From: Flavobacteriales bacterium
Lineage (GTDB): Bacteria > Bacteroidota > Bacteroidia > Flavobacteriales_D > CAJJDF01
Direction of reading: 5' to 3'
Assembly (NCBI GenBank): GCA_965658995.1
Contig: CBFHVI010000004.1
Coordinates: 7,836-71,835, forward strand
DNA length: 64,000 bases
Positions 50,066 through 59,599 of this stretch are shown here, in pieces. The stretch's first letter is position 1. Each line of letters starts with the position of its first letter. The position numbers were made by a program, and so were the translations under genes. The notes below the pieces were generated by a model, which was not told the DNA's origin, searched no databases, and saw only the letters and a list, made by a program, of their open reading frames with translations.

Positions 50066-50809
50066 TTATTTTCTGGTGAGGGTAGTGGTGTTGGCTTGAG
50101 CAGTAGGATAAACAATCAAGTCTTCAATATTTACATGACTTGGTCGAGAAGTGATAAACTCAATAATTTCTGCAATGTCTTGGGCTTGTAAGGCATCAAA
50201 ACCTTGGTAAACGCCCGCAGCTTTTTCTTTGTCGCCTTTAAAACGAACTTCCGAAAACTCGGTTTCTACCGCGCCTGGATGAATGGCAGACACTCGAATA
50301 TTGTGCCCTGCCAAATCTACTCGCATGGATTTGCTCAACGCATCCACTGCATGTTTGGAGGCGCAATATACATTACCGTTGGGGTAGACTTCTTTGGCTG
50401 CTACGGAACCAATATTGATAATAAATCCTGTATTTCGATCAATCATAGTGGGCAAAATGGCTTTGGTTACGTACAATAAGCCTTTCACATTTCCATCAAT
50501 CATTGCGTCCCAATCGTCTAAGTTGCCTTGTTGGATAGAACTTAATCCATGAGCATTTCCTGCATTATTCAACAGGATGTCTATATTTTGAAATTCTTCT
50601 GGTATAGAGTCAATTGCATCGAAAACATCCTCTCTATTTCTCACATCAAATCTCAGGGTATGAACTTCGGTATTGAGTTCATTTTTCAATTGGTTTAATC
50701 TTTCGGTTCTTCTACCGCAGAGGATGAGTTTGTGCCCTTTTTGTGCAAATAATTTGGCCGTTGCCATTCCTATTCCTGAGGTTGCTCCCGTGATTAAGGC
50801 TGTTTTCAT
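50066..50809 (-). CDS. short-chain dehydrogenase/reductase (YdfG-like)
   Basis: TGATSGIG, NNAG, YCASK, PGAVETEFS. Confidence 0.9.
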   Translation of the reverse strand: MKTALITGATSGIGMATAKLFAQKGHKLILCGRRTERLNQLKNELNTEVHTLRFDVRNREDVFDAIDSIPEEFQNIDILLNNAGNAHGLSSIQQGNLDDWDAMIDGNVKGLLYVTKAILPTMIDRNTGFIINIGSVAAKEVYPNGNVYCASKHAVDALSKSMRVDLAGHNIRVSAIHPGAVETEFSEVRFKGDKEKAAGVYQGFDALQAQDIAEIIEFITSRPSHVNIEDLIVYPTAQANTTTLTRK

Positions 50810-50854
50810 TTTTTTATACTTTTTTTTATAAAGATATTGAATTTCTTTTCATCA

Positions 50855-51163
50855 GTCATTCTAAGCTTTTACCTTGGGTTTATCGAAGTGTGATTCAGAA
50901 TCTCAGACAAGATATTTCTCATTTGAATCTCACATAGTATTTCCATGAATAGTTATCCTGAAATAAATTCAGGATAACTAGTGTTAGGATAATATTTTAC
51001 AAGTTTGTCTTCTAGACATCTCGATAAATCGGAACCTTCGGCCCGCAGATTTCTACCAAACCTAACCCTGAGGGATTCTCGTTAGAGAATCGTCTCGAAG
51101 GGTGACTTAAGTAGCAAGCCTTTCCAGATTGCCAAGAGATTCCGCTTCAAGTGAGGAATGACA
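50855..51163. repeat. cluster of REP-like palindromes
   Basis: GTCATTCT.. at 50855; TAGTTATCCTGAAATAAATTCAGGATAACTA 50950-50980; CCTGAGGGATTCTCGTTAGAGAATCGTCTCGAAGGG about 51068-51103; GAGATTCCGCTTCAAGTGAGGAATGACA 51136-51163. Confidence 0.75.
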
Positions 51164-51192
51164 GCGTTTAATAGGGTTTGTAGTTGTAAATA

Positions 51193-52722
51193 TTACCTCA
51201 ACAAACTCTTTACGCTCACTTTCTCCCCAATGATTGTGCTCAATTCAGAAATAGGGACTCTATCTTGCTTCATGGTATCTCTATCTCTTATTGTCACGGT
51301 GTTGTCTTCCAATGTTTGGTGATCTATCATTATGCAATAGGGAGTTCCCAGGGCGTCTTGTCTCCTGTAACGCTTTCCTGGAGAGTCTTTTTCGTCATAT
51401 TGGCAATTAAAATCGTATTTCAATTCGTTCATTACTTCCATGGCTTTTTCTGGCAAGCCACCTTTTTTGGTCAATGGCATAATCACGGCTTTGGTGGGCG
51501 CCAAGGCTGGTGGCAGGGCCAATACGGTTCTTTCGCTTCCGTCTTCTAGGGTTTCTTCTTTGAGCGAATTGGATAGTATTGCCAAGAACATTCTGTCCAG
51601 TCCGATAGAGGTTTCGATGACATACGGAACGTAACTTTTGTTTTCTTGAGGGTCAAAAAACTGCAGTTTTTTTCCTGAGTGCTCTTCGTGTGCTTTTAGG
51701 TCAAAATCTGTTCTGGAGTGTATTCCTTCGAGTTCCTTAAATCCCATCGGAAAGTTGAATTCGATGTCGGTGGCTGCATCTGCGTAGTGCGCCAGTTTTA
51801 GGTGGTCGTGAAACCTGTAGTTTTCTTCGCCCAATCCGAGAGCGTTGTGCCATTTTGCGCGAGTTTCTTTCCAGTAGTCAAACCATTGTTTTTGGGTTCC
51901 TGGTTTTACAAAAAACTGCATTTCCATTTGTTCAAACTCTCTCATTCGGAAGATAAACTGGCGGGCAATGATTTCGTTACGGAAGGCTTTTCCTATTTGT
52001 GCTATTCCAAAAGGGATTTTCATTCGTCCAGATTTCTGCACATTGAGGTAATTTACAAAAATTCCTTGTGCTGTTTCGGGTCTGAGATAAATGGTATTTG
52101 CTCCGTCTGCGGTAGAGCCCATTTCGGTACTAAACATCAGATTGAATTGACGTACGTCTGTCCAGTTTTTGGAGCCCGATATAGGGCAGGCAATCCCCAA
52201 TTCTTCTATCAATTGTTTTACGGCCGGTAAGTCGTCTTTTCCCAGCGAATCTTTGAATTTTTGCTCTATTTCTTCAATTTTTGTAACATTTCGGAGCACA
52301 TTTGGGTTGGTTTTTCTGAATTCTGTTTCGTCAAAATCATCTCCAAAACGTTTCAATCCTTTGGCAACTTCTTTTTCTATTTTCTGTCTTATTTTTTCTA
52401 CGTGTTCCTCAATCAATACATCGGCACGATATCGTTTTTTGGAGTCTTTATTATCTATCAAGGGGTCGTTGAACGCATCTACGTGTCCCGAAGCTTTCCA
52501 AGTAGTGGGATGCATAAAAATGGCGGCATCTATTCCTACAATGTTTTCGTGCATTTGTACCATCGATTTCCACCAATATTCTTTGATGTTGTTTTTCAAT
52601 TCCGAACCATTTTGTCCGTAATCGTAAGTGGCGCTGAGTCCATCATAAATTTCGGAAGAAGGGAAAATATAGCCGTATTCTTTGGCGTGAGAAATTACTT
52701 TTTTAAGCAAATCGTCAGACAT
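51193..52722 (-). CDS. glyQS: glycine--tRNA ligase (alpha2 type)
   Basis: SSEIYDGL, LRPETAQGIF, FRMREFEQME, ELEGIHSR, IETSIGLDR, anticodon-binding domain. Confidence 0.97.
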   Translation of the reverse strand: MSDDLLKKVISHAKEYGYIFPSSEIYDGLSATYDYGQNGSELKNNIKEYWWKSMVQMHENIVGIDAAIFMHPTTWKASGHVDAFNDPLIDNKDSKKRYRADVLIEEHVEKIRQKIEKEVAKGLKRFGDDFDETEFRKTNPNVLRNVTKIEEIEQKFKDSLGKDDLPAVKQLIEELGIACPISGSKNWTDVRQFNLMFSTEMGSTADGANTIYLRPETAQGIFVNYLNVQKSGRMKIPFGIAQIGKAFRNEIIARQFIFRMREFEQMEMQFFVKPGTQKQWFDYWKETRAKWHNALGLGEENYRFHDHLKLAHYADAATDIEFNFPMGFKELEGIHSRTDFDLKAHEEHSGKKLQFFDPQENKSYVPYVIETSIGLDRMFLAILSNSLKEETLEDGSERTVLALPPALAPTKAVIMPLTKKGGLPEKAMEVMNELKYDFNCQYDEKDSPGKRYRRQDALGTPYCIMIDHQTLEDNTVTIRDRDTMKQDRVPISELSTIIGEKVSVKSLLR

Positions 52723-52841
52723 GTATGAGTGTTTTTATAGTTCAAAAGTAAAATTAGTAGTTTTTACTAGGTTTCCATAAGAAAGAGGAACAAAAGAATA
52801 ATTCAGCCAATCAAAATTCTCTTATCTTTGACAAATAATCC

Positions 52842-53399
52842 TTGGCTTTGAGTAAAGAAAGAATCATATTAGGAATAGACCCAGGAACCACCGTAATGGG
52901 GTACGGGATTATCAAGGTAGTGGGAAACAAAATGACCTTATTGTCGTTTGGCGAAATTGTTTTGACAAAATATGACACCCACGCTCTCAAACTTAAAAAG
53001 ATTTTTGAACGCACCTTGGGTATTATCGATGAATATCACCCCGATGAATTGGCGATAGAGGCGCCCTTTTTTGGAAAAAACGTGCAATCTATGCTCAAAC
53101 TGGGAAGAGCACAAGGTGTAGCCATGGCGGCAGGATTGTATCGCGAGGTGCCAATCACAGAGTATTTGCCAAAAAAAATAAAGCAATCTATCACCGGTAG
53201 TGGAAACGCTAGTAAAGAACAAGTGGCCGCAATGTTACAAAACTTACTCAAGATAAAAACCCTACCCAAACGGCTAGATTCTACTGATGGATTGGCGGCT
53301 GCGGTGTGTCATTATTTTCAGGGCGATAGCGACCAAAACGGAGAAAGCTATACTGGCTGGAAGGCATTTGCAGCCAAGAACCCCAAGAGAATAAAGTAA
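52842..53399 (+). CDS. ruvC: Holliday junction resolvase
   Basis: ILGIDPG, AIEAPF, LGRAQG, G.G.ASKEQV, D..D.LA; TATCTTTG promoter at 52823. Confidence 0.96.
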   Translation: MALSKERIILGIDPGTTVMGYGIIKVVGNKMTLLSFGEIVLTKYDTHALKLKKIFERTLGIIDEYHPDELAIEAPFFGKNVQSMLKLGRAQGVAMAAGLYREVPITEYLPKKIKQSITGSGNASKEQVAAMLQNLLKIKTLPKRLDSTDGLAAAVCHYFQGDSDQNGESYTGWKAFAAKNPKRIK

Positions 53400-53458
53400 G
53401 TAAAACAAAGCCCCTTTTTGAGAGAAAGAGGCTTGTAATGAATTCTATTTTGTTGTTA

Positions 53459-55624
53459 TTAGTCGAGGTCACCCACCAACCCTTCGGTAACATTTATAAG
53501 GTGGTCACCTACTTTTTCCAATGAATGGAAAATGTTGCTGTACAAAGTAGCAGTTACGGCATTGTATTCACCTGCTCCGATGTCTTCAAGATGCTGTTTA
53601 CGGATTGTATTTCGATATTTATTTATTTCTTTTTCTTTTGCTAATGCTTTTTCAATGGTTACGCTGCTGTAGTTTTCAGATAAGTTTTCCATCATAATAT
53701 CAAAAGCTTCATCAACTAAGCCGGCAAGTTTTACAAGCTTTTCTCTATTTTCTGGTTTGAAATAAATTTTCTTTTCGTGTTTAGATTCAATGGTCTTAGA
53801 AATTTGATAATAAATATCCCCAATCCTTTCCAGATCCCCAATGATACTGAGCATTCCTCTAATTCTGATAGAAGTGTCGGTACTCATCTCACCTTTTGAT
53901 ACTTTTGCCAGGTAATCAGCTACTTCTAACTCTATTCTGTCGGTAATTTCTTCGTATTTTTTTACCTTTTTGATGAGTTTTCCTATTTTTTTATTCTCTT
54001 TTTCAACCAAAAGATTAGAAATAAACCCGTTCATTCTTTGTGCAATATGTCCAAATTTTTCAATTTCCTTTTTTGCCTCAGTAATAGATAAATCTGGCGT
54101 TGACATCATTCCGGCACTGATAAATTCTAAGTGAAATTCTTCGTCATCTTCTCCTTTTGATTTTACCGTTCGTTCTACTAAACCAACAAGTTGTGGTACG
54201 AAGCCAATGAGCAACAATACGTTCAACAAGTTGAAAGTTGTATGAAAAATAGCAATACCTGTATTGTAAGAGTCTTTTTTGATGATTCCACCATTTGTGT
54301 CGTATTCGGGTATTGGATTTCCTGCACCAGTAAATTCCATAAACCACACAATTCCGTCAATTAAGAAAGGCATTAGAATAACAGCCCAAGCCACACCGAT
54401 GATGTTGAACATAGAGTGAATTCTGGCAGAACGTTTTGCATGAACATTTCCTATCAAGGATGCTAATTCTGCAGTAATAGTTGTCCCAATGTTTTCTCCC
54501 AATACCATGGCACAAGCTACTTCAAACGGGATAACCCCAGCCGCTACGAGTGTCATGGTAAGAGCCATTGCTGCAGAGGATGACTGAATGACTACGGTAA
54601 CAATGGTTCCCAACCCTACAAACATCAAGATACTCCAAAAACTACCTGTATTGAAATCGGCAAAGAACTGCACTAAGGGTGAACTAGCGTCTAGTCCTGG
54701 TACGGCTCCTTTTAATTCTCCTAATCCCATGAACAACAGTGCGAAACCGATGATTGCACCTGCCCAAGCTTTCATTTTTGATTTTCCGAAAAATAAGAAG
54801 GGAGCGCCAATGGAAATGATAACCAATGCATAATTCGCCATACTTACTTTGAACCCAAACAAGTTAATCAACCATGCGGTAATAGTAGTTCCTATGTTGG
54901 CACCCATCATTACTCCGGCAGACTGCATTAAAGTCAACAATCCTGCATTTACAAAACTGACAGTCATAACAGTAGTCACGGAAGAAGACTGAACGATGGA
55001 AGTAATTCCAAACCCTGTTAATACCCCTTTGAACCTATTGGAAGTAATGGAAGCAAGCATTTTTCGGAGACGTGATCCAGCGGCTTGTTGCAAGCCTTCG
55101 CTCATTATTTTCATTCCATAAATAAACATTCCCAGAGCTCCAATCAACACCATTATTCTGAAGAGTCCCCAAGGTCGTTTGGTTTGAAACTTTTGTTTTT
55201 CAGAAAACACTTGTTTGTCACCTTTTTCTACTCCAATTTTGTAGACATGTTTTTCACCTCCCTTTAAGCCTTCCAGCTTATAATGTGTAGAGGTAAGTGG
55301 GATGTCATGTATGGAATTCCAGTCAGCGTTGGCATACCCACTTTTGTGTCTTTTGGCTCCAATGTCTGTGTTCCATTTTATAACAACTGTATAACCCAAT
55401 TCTTTTAGTTGAACAATTGCATCATAATCAATAGTCCATTTAAGGTCTGCTGAACCTTCTTTCTCTTTAGCATAGATGTTATGCAAAATATCAGAAGTAG
55501 GAGTATAATCATTTAAGGTTGCAGGAGGCTCTGTGTTTTCTGGTAGAAGGGTATCAGTTGCATTTCCGATATTCCCCAGAAAAAGCGTTACAAACATAGA
55601 AAAGTACAAGGTGAAGTTTTTCAT
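53459..55624 (-). CDS. Na+/Pi cotransporter (NptA/YjbB type) with N-terminal FN3-like extension and C-terminal PhoU domains
   Basis: QSSS..T repeats with GANIGTT/GENIGTT; DLERIGD and LEKVGDH PhoU motifs; start set at MKNFTLYF. Confidence 0.9.
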   Translation of the reverse strand: MKNFTLYFSMFVTLFLGNIGNATDTLLPENTEPPATLNDYTPTSDILHNIYAKEKEGSADLKWTIDYDAIVQLKELGYTVVIKWNTDIGAKRHKSGYANADWNSIHDIPLTSTHYKLEGLKGGEKHVYKIGVEKGDKQVFSEKQKFQTKRPWGLFRIMVLIGALGMFIYGMKIMSEGLQQAAGSRLRKMLASITSNRFKGVLTGFGITSIVQSSSVTTVMTVSFVNAGLLTLMQSAGVMMGANIGTTITAWLINLFGFKVSMANYALVIISIGAPFLFFGKSKMKAWAGAIIGFALLFMGLGELKGAVPGLDASSPLVQFFADFNTGSFWSILMFVGLGTIVTVVIQSSSAAMALTMTLVAAGVIPFEVACAMVLGENIGTTITAELASLIGNVHAKRSARIHSMFNIIGVAWAVILMPFLIDGIVWFMEFTGAGNPIPEYDTNGGIIKKDSYNTGIAIFHTTFNLLNVLLLIGFVPQLVGLVERTVKSKGEDDEEFHLEFISAGMMSTPDLSITEAKKEIEKFGHIAQRMNGFISNLLVEKENKKIGKLIKKVKKYEEITDRIELEVADYLAKVSKGEMSTDTSIRIRGMLSIIGDLERIGDIYYQISKTIESKHEKKIYFKPENREKLVKLAGLVDEAFDIMMENLSENYSSVTIEKALAKEKEINKYRNTIRKQHLEDIGAGEYNAVTATLYSNIFHSLEKVGDHLINVTEGLVGDLD

Positions 55625-55687
55625 ATAAAGTGAGGTGTAATATTTTTTCAAAAGTAGCTTTATTGTATTAACTGGAAAGATTCTCAA

Positions 55688-55797
55688 TATTAAGTTAATG
55701 TTAAATGTATATTAAAAAAGTGTCAATTGTTTGGGTAAAGTAAATTCAGTGTTAATTTTTATTAGTTTTGACCTCAATTATTAACAGTAAATTAATA
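55688..55797. promoter_or_regulatory. candidate Pho-box-like direct repeats in a divergent promoter
   Basis: T(A/G)TTAA at 55688, 55699 and 55710 (11-bp period); TTAA(C/T)A at 55781 and 55792; TAGTTTTG -7 element at 55763. Confidence 0.45.
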
Positions 55798-57005
55798 TGA
55801 GGTATCACAAAATAACAATTTTTATCTTAACTTTCTATGTAACACTCCTTTCAAATGTTGGTTTCACTCAAATCCAAACAGGATCATTTGGAAAGGGAAT
55901 AGATTTCATAGCAAAAGACTCTTCATTTACGATGAATGTAGGTATGCGTTTTCAGGCATTATATTCAAATAATTGGGATGTGATTAGCGATGATTTAGCC
56001 CGATTAGGAAACCATTCTTCCAACTTTTTATTGAGACGATCCCGATTGAAATTTAAAGGGTACGCATTTTCCCCTAAAATTCAATATAAAATAGAAATGG
56101 CTCTTACTAATAGGGATATGAGCGGTGGCGACTCACCCGAATATAGTAATGCTTCTCGCCTTATGCTTGATGCTGTAGTAAAATGGAATTTTTCGAAGAA
56201 CATTTGGCTTTGGGCGGGTCAAACAAAGTTGCCGGGGAATAGAGAGCGTGTCATTTCATCGGCAAATATGCAAATGGTAGACCGAAGCAGGCTGAATAGT
56301 AGATTTAATATTGATCGAGATATGGGGATTCAATTGAGGCATAAATGGAAGCTTGGCAAACAATTTCATATCGAAGAGGTATTCGCCTTTTCTCAGGGAG
56401 AAGGCAGGAATATCACAAGTGGAAATATAGGAGGTTATGACTATACGTTTAAACTAGAAATTCAGCCCTTAGGAAAGTTCAAATCAAAAGGGGATTTTAG
56501 CGGAGGAGATTTAAAAAGGGAGAAAAAACCAAAACTTGGAATCGGCATTGCCTATGATGTAAACGATAGAGCAGGTAGAGATAGAGGTCAATTAGGAAAC
56601 TTCTTAGAAGTATCTTCGGCAAATCTAAAGACACTTAATACTTTTTTTGGAGATTTTATGTTCAAATACAAAGGTTTTTCTGTGATGGGTGAGTATGCTC
56701 ATCGCGATATAGGAGGAGGCGATAACAGGGTGTTTGACGAGAGTAATACTCAAGTAGGCTCGTATTACACTGGTCAGGCAGTTAACCTACAAGCCGGATT
56801 ATTATTAAAAAACAATTTTGAACCTTCCATTCGTTATACTCATGTTGCACCCGTATCGAGCGCTAAAGAAAACGAGTACACTATTGGCCTGTCAAAATAT
56901 GTGGTGGGACATAAGTTAAAAATTCAAACAGATTTGAGTTACAGAGAGATCGAGGCGAAAGATGATTTGTTCTTTTATCGTCTTCAATTTGAATTACACT
57001 TTTAA
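55797..57005 (+). CDS. OprO/OprP-like phosphate-selective porin
   Basis: LRRSRLKF.G, DA.VKW, GQTKLPGNRE, DRDMG; terminal Phe; divergent from the Na/Pi transporter. Confidence 0.8.
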   Translation: MRYHKITIFILTFYVTLLSNVGFTQIQTGSFGKGIDFIAKDSSFTMNVGMRFQALYSNNWDVISDDLARLGNHSSNFLLRRSRLKFKGYAFSPKIQYKIEMALTNRDMSGGDSPEYSNASRLMLDAVVKWNFSKNIWLWAGQTKLPGNRERVISSANMQMVDRSRLNSRFNIDRDMGIQLRHKWKLGKQFHIEEVFAFSQGEGRNITSGNIGGYDYTFKLEIQPLGKFKSKGDFSGGDLKREKKPKLGIGIAYDVNDRAGRDRGQLGNFLEVSSANLKTLNTFFGDFMFKYKGFSVMGEYAHRDIGGGDNRVFDESNTQVGSYYTGQAVNLQAGLLLKNNFEPSIRYTHVAPVSSAKENEYTIGLSKYVVGHKLKIQTDLSYREIEAKDDLFFYRLQFELHF

Positions 57006-57008
57006 TTT

Positions 57009-58574
57009 TTAAGAGCTACACGAAAGCATGGAACAGCCGACTTTTTGCTTTGCCCAATGCGGTCGTTTTGCGTACCATTTTTCTTGATTTGGTTGATCAG
57101 TATAAGGGTTTTGTAACAAGGTAAATAATTCCTCAATAAGACTGTAATCTCCTACTTCTGCTTTCTCTATTGCCAGCTGAGCCATGTAATTCCTCAAAAC
57201 GTACTTGGGATTAGTTTGTTTCATTTTGGATAAACGAGTCGTTTCTTCAGCTCCTTCTTGTTTCACTAATTTTTTATACTCTTTGAACCAGTTTTTCCAT
57301 TTGGACATATTGGAATTCAATTCTGAACCAGTGAGATAACTACTGAATTCGATGATGTGTTTAAACTGATTCCATTTAAACGAACAAAAATCGCTTAGCT
57401 CTCTGAAGAATAAAGTCATATCTATTTCGGATACCCGTAAATTTTCTTCGAGGGAATAAAGGACTGTATCAGACACTAAATCGGGTGCATACAGGCCTAG
57501 CTTTTTGCACATCATTTCGTGGTTCTTGTGTGCAAATTGAACTTTGAACCCTGTTAAAATATGTTCGAGAGGTTCGGCCTCCCCAATGAGTGGATAAATG
57601 GCATTTGCAAGTTGAGTAAGGTTCCATAACGCAACATTCGGCTGGTTACCGAATCGGTATCTTCTGTGTTGCGAATCTGTGGTGTTTGGTGTCCACCCTG
57701 GGTTATAATCTTCTAGCCACCCATAAGGCCCGTAGTCAATGGTAAGCCCCAATATGGATAAATTATCCGTATTCATTACACCGTGAACAAATCCTACTCG
57801 TTGCCAGTGAATGATCATATCGAGAGTTTTTGTCACCACCTCTTGGAAAAACGCAAGATAAGTTTCTTTGGAGGGAGCTCCCAGATTCTCAAAGTGATAC
57901 TTTATTGTGTAGTCCAGTAATCTTTGTAAGTTTTCTTTGTCTTGACGAGCGGCAAAAATTTCGAAATTTCCAAAACGAATAAAACTAGGGGCGACTCGAC
58001 ATACGATAGCTCCTTGTTCCTCTTGAACGTTACCATTATATAACATATCTCTTGGAACAAAATCTCCGGTTTTGACAAGAGAAAGCGCTCGTGTTGTGGG
58101 AACGCCTAGGTTGTGCATAGCTTCACTACACAAGTATTCACGAATGGAGGACCGTAAAACTGCCATTCCATCTGCTCCTCGAGAATATGGAGTCGGACCT
58201 GCGCCCTTTAATTGAAGCGCAATAGGGGTATTATGGATTTTTATTTCCGCTATATTTATGGCTCTTCCATCTCCCAATTGACCAGCCCATTGACCAAATT
58301 GATGACCGCCATAACACATTGCGTATGGCTCAAATCCGTTAAACTTACACTCTCCAGACATTACTCGAAGAAATTTTTCCTTTTCTATCTCCACTTCCCA
58401 CTCATCTATCAATGGCTGAGAAAAGTGAATAAGGCTGGGTTTGGAGGGTGTAACGGGTTTTACAAACGAAAAACAAGCACCTTCTACTTGTCTCGGTTCA
58501 GTAAGGCTTGAAGAATCGGCAGGCAGGTATTTGGAAAAAGTAGGATCAAGAGGTAAACTTAATAAATTCGGCAT
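57009..58574 (-). CDS. selO: protein adenylyltransferase SelO (YdiU)
   Basis: YGGHQFG..AGQLGDGRA, KGAGPTPYSR.ADG, HGVMNTDN, IDYGPYG, terminal CSMLSCSS; start set at MPNLL (the track extension overlaps msrB). Confidence 0.95.
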   Translation of the reverse strand: MPNLLSLPLDPTFSKYLPADSSSLTEPRQVEGACFSFVKPVTPSKPSLIHFSQPLIDEWEVEIEKEKFLRVMSGECKFNGFEPYAMCYGGHQFGQWAGQLGDGRAINIAEIKIHNTPIALQLKGAGPTPYSRGADGMAVLRSSIREYLCSEAMHNLGVPTTRALSLVKTGDFVPRDMLYNGNVQEEQGAIVCRVAPSFIRFGNFEIFAARQDKENLQRLLDYTIKYHFENLGAPSKETYLAFFQEVVTKTLDMIIHWQRVGFVHGVMNTDNLSILGLTIDYGPYGWLEDYNPGWTPNTTDSQHRRYRFGNQPNVALWNLTQLANAIYPLIGEAEPLEHILTGFKVQFAHKNHEMMCKKLGLYAPDLVSDTVLYSLEENLRVSEIDMTLFFRELSDFCSFKWNQFKHIIEFSSYLTGSELNSNMSKWKNWFKEYKKLVKQEGAEETTRLSKMKQTNPKYVLRNYMAQLAIEKAEVGDYSLIEELFTLLQNPYTDQPNQEKWYAKRPHWAKQKVGCSMLSCSS

Positions 58575-58575
58575 G

Positions 58576-59025
58576 TTAAGTTTTTTTATGAAGTTGCAAC
58601 GAGGCCGAATTGATGCAATACCTAAGTCCACTTGGTTGAGGACCATCAGGAAATACATGACCCAAATGGGCGTCACAAGTATTACAAACTACTTCTACTC
58701 TAATCATCCCAAGAGAGGTGTCTTTTATATAGCCAATGGTATTTTCTTTGATAGGCTGCGTAAAACTAGGCCATCCTGTTCCCGATTCAAATTTAATGGT
58801 GGAATCAAATAAAGGTGTTTGGCAACAGACACAGTTGTACTTTCCGGGGTCGTATGCACTGCAAAATTCTCCCGATCCAGCAGGTTCAGTTCCTTTTTTT
58901 CGGGTAATTCTAAATTGCTCTGAAGTCAGTTGTTTTTTCCATTCTTCTTCCGATTTTTCGACTCTTTTTTCAGGTTCGAGAGAACCGTGATTGGCATATT
59001 TTATAATTGAATTCCAGTTTATCAT
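58576..59025 (-). CDS. msrB: peptide-methionine (R)-S-oxide reductase
   Basis: GTE, SGTGWPSF, R.EV.C, HLGHVFPDGP, RYCINS. Confidence 0.96.
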   Translation of the reverse strand: MINWNSIIKYANHGSLEPEKRVEKSEEEWKKQLTSEQFRITRKKGTEPAGSGEFCSAYDPGKYNCVCCQTPLFDSTIKFESGTGWPSFTQPIKENTIGYIKDTSLGMIRVEVVCNTCDAHLGHVFPDGPQPSGLRYCINSASLQLHKKT

Positions 59026-59101
59026 GCGTTAGATGTTTTACATGAAGATAATGAATTTATTCCCAACATGCACGAGGAAAAAGAACACGAAGTGGGTAGA
59101 A

Positions 59102-59512
59102 TTAGCCCCTTATTTCTTGACACAATTCAATTAATACCCCATTCGTAGATTTAGGATGAAGAAATGCAACTAATTTGTTGTCAGCTCCCTTTTTGGGTTC
59201 TTTCGTGATGATTGTGAATCCCTCCTTTTCGAGTCTTTCAAGCTCTTCTTTAATGTTGGTAACATCAAATGCAATGTGATGAATTCCTTCTCCTTTTTTT
59301 TCTATGAATTTGGCGATGGCACTTTCTGGATCAGTGGCTTGCACAAGTTCTATTTTGGATTCGCCAGTTTCAAAAAAAGAGGTAATAACATGTTCAGATT
59401 TTACCTCCTCTTGCTTGTAAGGCTTTTTATTGAAAAGAGCCGAAAACAACTTATTGGATTCTTGGATATTTTTTACCGCAATTCCTATGTGTTCAATTTT
59501 ATTCATATTCAT
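59102..59512 (-). CDS. mce: methylmalonyl-CoA epimerase
   Basis: IEHIGIAV, GEGIHHIAF, FLHPKSTNGVLIELCQ. Confidence 0.92.
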   Translation of the reverse strand: MNMNKIEHIGIAVKNIQESNKLFSALFNKKPYKQEEVKSEHVITSFFETGESKIELVQATDPESAIAKFIEKKGEGIHHIAFDVTNIKEELERLEKEGFTIITKEPKKGADNKLVAFLHPKSTNGVLIELCQEIRG

Positions 59513-59599
59513 TCTATATTAACGTTTCGGGGTTTCGGGTTGGTTAAAAATTTTGTATTTTTATACTAATTTAAATATTAACAAAATTACAATTAAATT

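Noticed and set aside
50066-50809. SDR as the missing capC reductase
   Set aside because: The sequence looks like a generic YdfG-type SDR and lies 36 kb from capA/capB; no supporting evidence
26390-52728. Long antisense ORFs (e.g. 26390-26995, 38414-39076, 47182-47682, 48099-48602, 52169-52728)
   Set aside because: They are shadows of well-supported genes on the opposite strand, with no recognisable motifs
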